Shown: positions 49,231-54,602 of the stretch, piece after piece
How positions within the stretch are numbered: position 1 is the stretch's first letter
Layout: the number at the start of each line of letters is the position of its first letter
Origin: an uncultured Bacilli bacterium
Lineage (GTDB): Bacteria; Bacillota_I; Bacilli_A; RF39; UBA660
DNA: 64,000 nt
Reading direction: 5' to 3'
Assembly (NCBI GenBank): GCA_944363735.1
Contig: CALVVB010000002.1
Span: 16,349 to 80,348, forward strand
The notes under the pieces: generated by a model
What the model was told of the DNA's origin: nothing
Databases searched by the model: none
Seen by the model: the letters and a program-made list of their open reading frames with translations, nothing else
Program-made: the position numbers and the translations under genes

Positions 49231-49850
49231 CATCAAATCCGAATACTGAAAAAATGAATACTCCCCGCAGCAAGCTACGGGGTATCTTCCCAAAGCGATG
49301 TTATTTTTGCTGTTGAAATTTCAAATATAACTGCTTGTATTCCGCATCTTGTTTACCTTGATTTTTTACATATTCTTTTATTACCGATTCATTTTGATTT
49401 TTTCCTACTGTAGCCACAAAATAACCGTCTGACCAAAACTGTCCTCCCCATAGTTGTTTCTTTACTTGAGGACATTCGACAAAAATTTGTCTTGCTGTTA
49501 TACTTTTTATTATTTTCACTATTTTACTAGGTGCATAGTTTGGTGTGCTTTGAACTAGAAAATGTACATGATCTTTATCCGTACCTATTTCTAGAAAAAC
49601 AATATAATCATAACGTTTCTCTATCTCAAGACAAATTTGTCGAAGATGTTCATCCACTGTTTCATCAAATACTACACGACGGTATTTTGCTGGACATACA
49701 ATGTGGTAAACAAGATTGCTTACGTTGTGCGACAAATATAGATATTGACTATCTCCCATAACATCGCCCTCACTTCGTATTTATAATACTACGTTCGGCC
49801 TTACGTTGCAAGCAACGGGGAATTAAACCCTAGACTAATAACCATACACT
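49231..49850 (-). mobile_element. IS200/IS605-family insertion sequence (tnpA only); boundaries approximate
   Basis: A Y1 transposase ORF is flanked by similar subterminal hairpins, CCCCGCAGCAAGCTACGGGG (49263-49282) and CGTTGCAAGCAACGGGG (49804-49820). Homology to the paralogous SGNH leader stops near 49230. Confidence 0.7.
49301..49759 (-). CDS. tnpA: IS200/IS605 family Y1 transposase TnpA
   Basis: 152 aa. LVYHIVCPAKYRRVVF, the HUH motif DHVHFLV, and the catalytic-Tyr region SDGYFVATVG. Confidence 0.9.
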   Translation of the reverse strand: MGDSQYLYLSHNVSNLVYHIVCPAKYRRVVFDETVDEHLRQICLEIEKRYDYIVFLEIGTDKDHVHFLVQSTPNYAPSKIVKIIKSITARQIFVECPQVKKQLWGGQFWSDGYFVATVGKNQNESVIKEYVKNQGKQDAEYKQLYLKFQQQK

Positions 49851-49873
49851 GTATGCTTATTAGTTATTAAAAG

Positions 49874-49898
49874 AAAAAACTTGACATATTTTGCCAAG
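49874..49898 (-). terminator. intrinsic terminator after rfbB (hairpin element copy 1)
   Basis: Minus strand CTTGGC-AAAATAT-GTCAAG followed by TTTTTTC, starting directly after the TAA at 49899-49901. Confidence 0.6.
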
Positions 49899-50903
49899 TT
49901 AATCTTTATATGCTTCTTTATAAGCACCACTTTTTATATCATTAATCCATTCTTCATTATTTAAGTACCAATCTATTGTTTCTTTAATACCATCTTCAAA
50001 AGTATAAGTACGTTCCCATCCTAATTCATTTTCTACTTTGCTTGAATCTATTGCATATCTTAAATCATGACCTTTTCTATCTTCAACAAATGTTATTAAA
50101 TCTTCACTCTTACCCATTTGTTTTAATATTGTCTTAACGATATCTATATTATGTCTTTCAGCATGTCCACCTAAATTATATACTTCTCCAACTTTACCAT
50201 TTCTAACAATTAAATCAACACCAATATTATGATCATGTACATGAATCCAATCTCTTACATTTTCCCCAGTTCCATAAACAGGTACTTTTTCATTATTTAA
50301 TGCTTTAGATATAACAACTGGTATTAATTTTTCTGGAAATTGATATGGTCCATAATTATTAGAGCATCTACTAATAGTAACAGGTAATCCATAAGTACGA
50401 TGATATGCCATAACTAATAAATCTGCACTTGCTTTACTAGTAGAATAAGGACTAGATGTATGAAGTGGAGTATTTTCTGTAAATAGAAGATCTGGCCTAT
50501 CTAAAGGTAAATCTCCATATACTTCATCAGTTGAAATCTGATGATATCTTTTAACATTATATTTAAGTGATGCATCCATTAATACTTCAGTACCAATAAT
50601 ATTAGTGGTTAAAAATATTTCTGGATTTTTAATAGAATTATCAACATGAGACTCTGCTGCAAAATTAATTACAACATCAAACTTTTCATCACTAAATAGT
50701 TTATCGATAAAATTTCTATCAGTAATATCTCCTTTTACAAATTTATAATTATCTTTCTCCTCTAAATCTTTAATGTTATTATAATTACCAGCATAAGTTA
50801 GAGCATCTAAACAAACAAAATAATCATCTTTATATTTATCAGTAACGTAATGTAAATAATTACTTCCAATAAATCCTGCTCCTCCTGTAATTAAAAATTT
50901 CAT
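49899..50903 (-). CDS. rfbB: dTDP-glucose 4,6-dehydratase
   Basis: MKFLITGGAGFIGSN and YSTSKASADLL (YxxxK), with a length typical of RmlB. Confidence 0.92.
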   Translation of the reverse strand: MKFLITGGAGFIGSNYLHYVTDKYKDDYFVCLDALTYAGNYNNIKDLEEKDNYKFVKGDITDRNFIDKLFSDEKFDVVINFAAESHVDNSIKNPEIFLTTNIIGTEVLMDASLKYNVKRYHQISTDEVYGDLPLDRPDLLFTENTPLHTSSPYSTSKASADLLVMAYHRTYGLPVTISRCSNNYGPYQFPEKLIPVVISKALNNEKVPVYGTGENVRDWIHVHDHNIGVDLIVRNGKVGEVYNLGGHAERHNIDIVKTILKQMGKSEDLITFVEDRKGHDLRYAIDSSKVENELGWERTYTFEDGIKETIDWYLNNEEWINDIKSGAYKEAYKD

Positions 50904-50994
50904 ATAATCACCTTCCTAAAATTATTTTATCAAATATTCTAAATTGGCACAATATATCTAATAATTAAAATTATCTAACAAATCAACTTTTCGT

Positions 50995-51933
50995 TCATTT
51001 TCGTTCATTTTTAGTTTCTCTAATTATATAGATAGGTCTACCTTTAACTTCTGTATATGTTTTAGAAATATAAGCTCCACTAATTCCTATACAAAATAGT
51101 TGAACACCACTTAAGAAGAACATAATACACACTAAAGATGGCCATCCTGATACAGGATCTCCAAATATTAAAGTTCTAACTACAATAAAGATAATAGCAA
51201 TTAAAGCAATTAAACAAAATAATACTCCTACAAAAACAGCTATTGTTAAAGGAACAGTAGAATATCCAATAATTGCATCAATTGCATAAGTAAATAATTT
51301 AAAGAAACTCCATTTACTATTACCTGCTACTCTTTTAGGAACTTCATAAGTCAACCATTTAGTTTTAAATCCTACAAAACTAAATATTCCTTTACTATAA
51401 CGGTTATATTCTTTTAATTCTAATACAGCATTAACTACTTGTCTCTTCATCAACCTAAAGTCTCTAGCCCCTGGTACCATCTCCACTTTAGATAATTTAG
51501 ATATTAGTTTATAATAACAATTTGTAAAAAATCTTCTAACTATTCCATACTCCTTATGGGCATCAGTTTTTAGAGCAACTATATCAACATCTTCTGTTGT
51601 AATAATTTTATACATCCTTTCTATAAGTTTTGGTGGATCTTGTAAATCAACGTCAAGTAAGGTTATATAATCTCCAATACTATATTCAAGTCCAGCATAA
51701 ATAGCTGCTTCTTTACCAAAATTTCTTGAAAAAGAAATATATCTAACATTCTTATCATCTTTTGATAGTTTTTTTATAATATCAAGAGTTTTATCACTAC
51801 TCCCATCATCTACAAAAATAAGTTCAAAAGAAACATTATTCATTTTACTAATTACTTTATTAATTTCTTTATAAAATAAAGGAATTGATTCTTCTTCATT
51901 ATAACAAGGTACTATAACTGATATCTTATCCAT
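50995..51933 (-). CDS. GtrB-type polyprenyl-phosphate glycosyltransferase (GT2 plus 2 TM helices), second copy
   Basis: ISVIVPCYNEEE...VDDGSSDKT...SRNFGKEAA...DVDLQDP plus two C-terminal TM helices. Confidence 0.85.
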   Translation of the reverse strand: MDKISVIVPCYNEEESIPLFYKEINKVISKMNNVSFELIFVDDGSSDKTLDIIKKLSKDDKNVRYISFSRNFGKEAAIYAGLEYSIGDYITLLDVDLQDPPKLIERMYKIITTEDVDIVALKTDAHKEYGIVRRFFTNCYYKLISKLSKVEMVPGARDFRLMKRQVVNAVLELKEYNRYSKGIFSFVGFKTKWLTYEVPKRVAGNSKWSFFKLFTYAIDAIIGYSTVPLTIAVFVGVLFCLIALIAIIFIVVRTLIFGDPVSGWPSLVCIMFFLSGVQLFCIGISGAYISKTYTEVKGRPIYIIRETKNERK

Positions 51934-51942
51934 AATATCCTC

Positions 51943-52407
51943 CTATTCTAAAAACATCTTTCTAGTTACAAAATTAAACACCATAACTATTACAGTTGCA
52001 ATTACTTTAGCAAGTAAATAATAAATACTTAAGAAATCTACTGTTATCCACATAATTGCATTATTAACTAAAAGACCTAAAACACTAAATACTATAAAAA
52101 TAATAAACTGTTTTTTAGCATCTTTTTCTTTATTAACATCAAATACCCATTTAACACTAGCAGTATAATTGTAAATAACAGAAATACAAAATGATAATGT
52201 ATTAGAAACAAGCACAGGAAAATGACAAAATTCTCTAAATAGATAAAGAAAAACAAAGTCAATAACCGTCGCTATACCTCCAACAATAGTAAATTTAAAT
52301 ATTTGAATTAATAATTTACGAGTTTTAGATTCAAATTTTAAATGTAATATTTTACATACCCTATCAAATAATAATTCTATTTTATCTTTTTTCATACTTT
52401 TCTCCAA
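51943..52407 (-). CDS. GtrA family membrane protein
   Basis: 154 aa with 4 TM helices. FKFTIVGGIATVIDFVFLY is a GtrA-like motif. Located directly upstream of the GtrB-type gene. Confidence 0.8.
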   Translation of the reverse strand: MEKSMKKDKIELLFDRVCKILHLKFESKTRKLLIQIFKFTIVGGIATVIDFVFLYLFREFCHFPVLVSNTLSFCISVIYNYTASVKWVFDVNKEKDAKKQFIIFIVFSVLGLLVNNAIMWITVDFLSIYYLLAKVIATVIVMVFNFVTRKMFLE

Positions 52408-52436
52408 TCAACTATAGTATAACATGAATTATAGAA

Positions 52437-53240
52437 CTAGTCTAAATATTTCTTTAACTCTTTAGTTATTATTTCATAGCCATTTTCATTAGGATGCAAT
52501 CCATCATCAGTATACTCTTCACTAAAGTTACCATCACCGTCAAGTAAACTATCATACATATTAATGTAAGTATAACCGTTGTCTTCACAATATTTCTTTA
52601 TCTTTTCATTTATTTTCATAATATCATCATTATTTCTTTTGTTAACCATCTTTTTATTTAAGTTATAATTTATAGGATAAACACTCTCAACATAAATTTT
52701 TGCTTGTGGTTTATTATCTTTAATTTCACTTATTATTTTTTCTATATTAGAAGCAATATCATCTACACTAATATCATGAATTAAATCATTTGTTCCAATT
52801 AATAAAAATACTTTAGAAGGATTATAATCATACACCCTATTTTTCATATCTTTTAAAATATCTTCTGTTATATTACCAGATATTCCGCTATTCACAACAG
52901 ATAATCCTGAAAAATATTTATCTAAATTATAAAGTTCAGTAATAGAATCTCCTAAAAATAAATAATTAGTGTAATCATCTTCTAATCTTTCCATTTCACC
53001 ATTTTTATCTTCAATAGTATTATTTAAGTCATCTACAGATAAACTTAAATTATTAATTTTCAACAAAAAAAATGCATTAAAAAAAATACTAATTATTAAA
53101 ATAATCAAAACTAATTTATTGTTATTACTCTTCTTATCTGTATATGTAGATGAATCATTTTTATAATAAATTCTTTTATTTTTTTCAAGTCTAGTAGTAT
53201 ATTTTTTCTTTTTTGATTTTTTATTTGTAGTTTTACTCAT
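52437..53240 (-). CDS. membrane-anchored SGNH/GDSL hydrolase (polysaccharide esterase-like)
   Basis: TM anchor, block I FLGDSIT, block II NSGISG, block III GTND and block V DGLHPN. ATG 53240 follows AAAGGGGAAG. Confidence 0.8.
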   Translation of the reverse strand: MSKTTNKKSKKKKYTTRLEKNKRIYYKNDSSTYTDKKSNNNKLVLIILIISIFFNAFFLLKINNLSLSVDDLNNTIEDKNGEMERLEDDYTNYLFLGDSITELYNLDKYFSGLSVVNSGISGNITEDILKDMKNRVYDYNPSKVFLLIGTNDLIHDISVDDIASNIEKIISEIKDNKPQAKIYVESVYPINYNLNKKMVNKRNNDDIMKINEKIKKYCEDNGYTYINMYDSLLDGDGNFSEEYTDDGLHPNENGYEIITKELKKYLD

Positions 53241-53302
53241 AATACTTCCCCTTTTCATACCAATATGAGTATAACATAAATATTTGTACTTTTACATTGA
53301 AA

Positions 53303-53329
53303 GAAAAAAACTTGACATTATTTGCCAAG
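53303..53329 (-). terminator. intrinsic terminator with the toxin stop codon in its loop (hairpin element copy 2)
   Basis: Minus strand CTTGGC-AAATAAT-GTCAAG followed by TTTTTTTC. The TAA at 53318-53320 lies in the loop. Confidence 0.6.
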
Positions 53330-53788
53330 TTCTTCAAGCATCATCTCTTTAATTTTATCAATATCAGGAAAAAACAAATTAACTCCTTGTTTCTTTAAAG
53401 ATAATAAGTAATTAAAATTGCTAGTTATTTCATCTTTTAATGTATCTATTACTTTAAGTGGTTTACCATTTATTATATGAGGATGATCTATATATTTTTC
53501 TAATGTAGGAAAAGCATTTTGTAATAATATAACTGATTTTTTATTGGCAATTTCTCTTATCATTATAGAACGACAATCTCCATATTTTTTAACCTTTTTA
53601 TCTATTATAGGTTGATATTTAGAAACTTTACTACTTAACGGAATAAACCATAATATATCCTTGTCTTTAATTGTAAAGTAAGTAGGTCTAGTTCTTCCAT
53701 TTTCATGATTTATCATTAAACCTTTGTCATTAATCTTATCAAAGAATTCATCTTTTATATGATAAATATATCCTGTTTGGACCTTCAT
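53318..53788 (-). CDS. type III toxin-antitoxin system toxin (ToxN/AbiQ/CptN-like endoribonuclease)
   Basis: 156 aa starting at ATG 53788, which lies 8 nt after GGGGGGTG. The pattern MKVQTGYIYHIKDEFFDKINDKGLM..N...RPTYF....ILWFIPLSSKVSKYQ...ILLQNAFP resembles the RP...(F/Y)xxPLSS...NxxP layout I recall for AbiQ/ToxN/CptN toxins. The gene is preceded by tandem repeats and a terminator. Family membership was not computed. Confidence 0.7.
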   Translation of the reverse strand: MKVQTGYIYHIKDEFFDKINDKGLMINHENGRTRPTYFTIKDKDILWFIPLSSKVSKYQPIIDKKVKKYGDCRSIMIREIANKKSVILLQNAFPTLEKYIDHPHIINGKPLKVIDTLKDEITSNFNYLLSLKKQGVNLFFPDIDKIKEMMLEELGK

Positions 53789-53879
53789 TTTATAAGCACC
53801 CCCCAATAAAAAATATAACTTGTAACTAAAATATATCAAATTATAACTATGTTTGCAAGTACAAAAGTTTGATTTTTAG

Positions 53880-53917
53880 AAGAAAAAGAAAACTTTATTC
53901 AAAAGAACAAAGTTTTC
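53880..53917 (-). terminator. intrinsic terminator/attenuator between antitoxin repeats and toxin ORF
   Basis: Minus strand GAAAACTTT - 12-nt loop - AAAGTTTTC (a perfect 9-bp stem) followed by TTTTTCTTCT. Confidence 0.8.
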
Positions 53918-53920
53918 AAA

Positions 53921-54030
53921 CATTTTCGATCGGAATAATTTATATCCCGCACCATCCGAGAGCGGTTAACATTTCACGATTGGAATAATTTATAACCCGC
54001 ACCATCCAAGAGCGGCTAACATGTACATAT
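53921..54030 (-). ncRNA. putative type III antitoxin RNA: about 2.1 tandem 50-nt repeats
   Basis: 53927-53976 and 53977-54026 are direct repeats with 43 of 50 positions identical. A partial unit (acatttt) lies at 53920-53926. The repeats form a GC-richer island in AT-rich DNA, between a strong promoter and a terminator, on the same strand as the toxin. Confidence 0.7.
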
Positions 54031-54052
54031 TACATTTCTTAAATGCAATACT

Positions 54053-54081
54053 AATATACTATATTTTGACATAAATGTCAA
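54053..54081 (-). promoter_or_regulatory. sigma-A-type promoter for the repeat-toxin transcript
   Basis: Minus strand TTGACA (54081-54076), a 17-nt spacer, then TATATT (54058-53). The -35 is half of a perfect 16-bp palindrome TTGACATAAATGTCAA (54066-54081). Confidence 0.65.
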
Positions 54082-54155
54082 TAAGTATACATTTATATTA
54101 TATTCACATATTTAAGAAATATAACTGTTTTTATGGTTAAAATAGTAACTAAAAG

Positions 54156-54176
54156 ACTTGATATTATTTACCAAGT
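54156..54176 (-). terminator. hairpin element copy 3, with the stop codon of the 145-aa ORF in its loop
   Basis: Minus strand ACTTGGT-AAATAAT-ATCAAGT followed by CTTTT. The loop is identical to copy 2, and the stem carries a compensated C:G to T:A change. Confidence 0.5.
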
Positions 54177-54601
54177 CCCTTTTCTTCCCTAAACAGGCTT
54201 TCATCAATTGTTATATCTTTATCACTACCAGTTACCTTACTCAAATAGTAACGGTATTTATCATTATCTATCTTTTCATAACCATCAGTATATAATTTAT
54301 TTAGCACTTCATCATCTGTACCAAATTGTTTATAGGTTAAATCTGCTAAATAATAATTACCATCATCATCTGGTACTAAAACAAATCTATGTTTATAATG
54401 AAATTCTAAATCATCAGTATCTACTATATAAGCAAGACATGACATGTCTTTTAGATTCTCATATAAGTACCAATTATATACTAAACACATTCTCTCATGC
54501 TCTAATCCATCTAAGTCACTTTTAGTATTTTCTATCGCTTTTCTAATAACAGTTTCTTTATTTATATTAGCAATATTAAGCATTCTATCATATAATGTCA
54601 T
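54164..54601 (-). CDS. hypothetical protein, possible transglutaminase-like Cys-His-Asp fold
   Basis: 145 aa. ERMCLVYNWYLYENL ... HRFVLVPDDDGNYYLADLT resembles the C...H...D core of transglutaminase-like cysteine peptidases. The start ATG lies 1 nt after the ppdK stop (TAATATG). Confidence 0.4.
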   Translation of the reverse strand: MTLYDRMLNIANINKETVIRKAIENTKSDLDGLEHERMCLVYNWYLYENLKDMSCLAYIVDTDDLEFHYKHRFVLVPDDDGNYYLADLTYKQFGTDDEVLNKLYTDGYEKIDNDKYRYYLSKVTGSDKDITIDESLFREEKGLGK

Positions 54602-54602
54602 A

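Noticed and set aside
49134-49761. Plus-strand ORFs 49134-49316 and 49531-49761.
   Set aside because: The first is antisense to the SGNH pseudogene leader and the IS end. The second is antisense to tnpA. Neither has coding features.
50991-51010. 10-bp tandem duplication (tcgttcattt x2) at the 3' end of the second GtrB-type gene.
   Set aside because: It only shifts the stop codon: the protein ends ...ETKNERK* instead of extending by roughly 9 residues past the catalytic and TM regions. A functional consequence is unlikely.
53921-54030. Tandem repeats considered as a mini CRISPR array or as a riboswitch.
   Set aside because: The units are directly adjacent with no spacers, so this is not a CRISPR array. 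I recognise no known riboswitch consensus. The position between promoter and terminator, upstream of a ToxN-like ORF, fits a type III antitoxin far better.
49874-54176. Repeated hairpins considered as integron attC sites delimiting gene cassettes.
   Set aside because: The elements are only about 19-27 nt, whereas attC sites are usually longer than 55 nt. They lack the RYYYAAC / GTTRRRY core sites. No integron integrase is present in the window.
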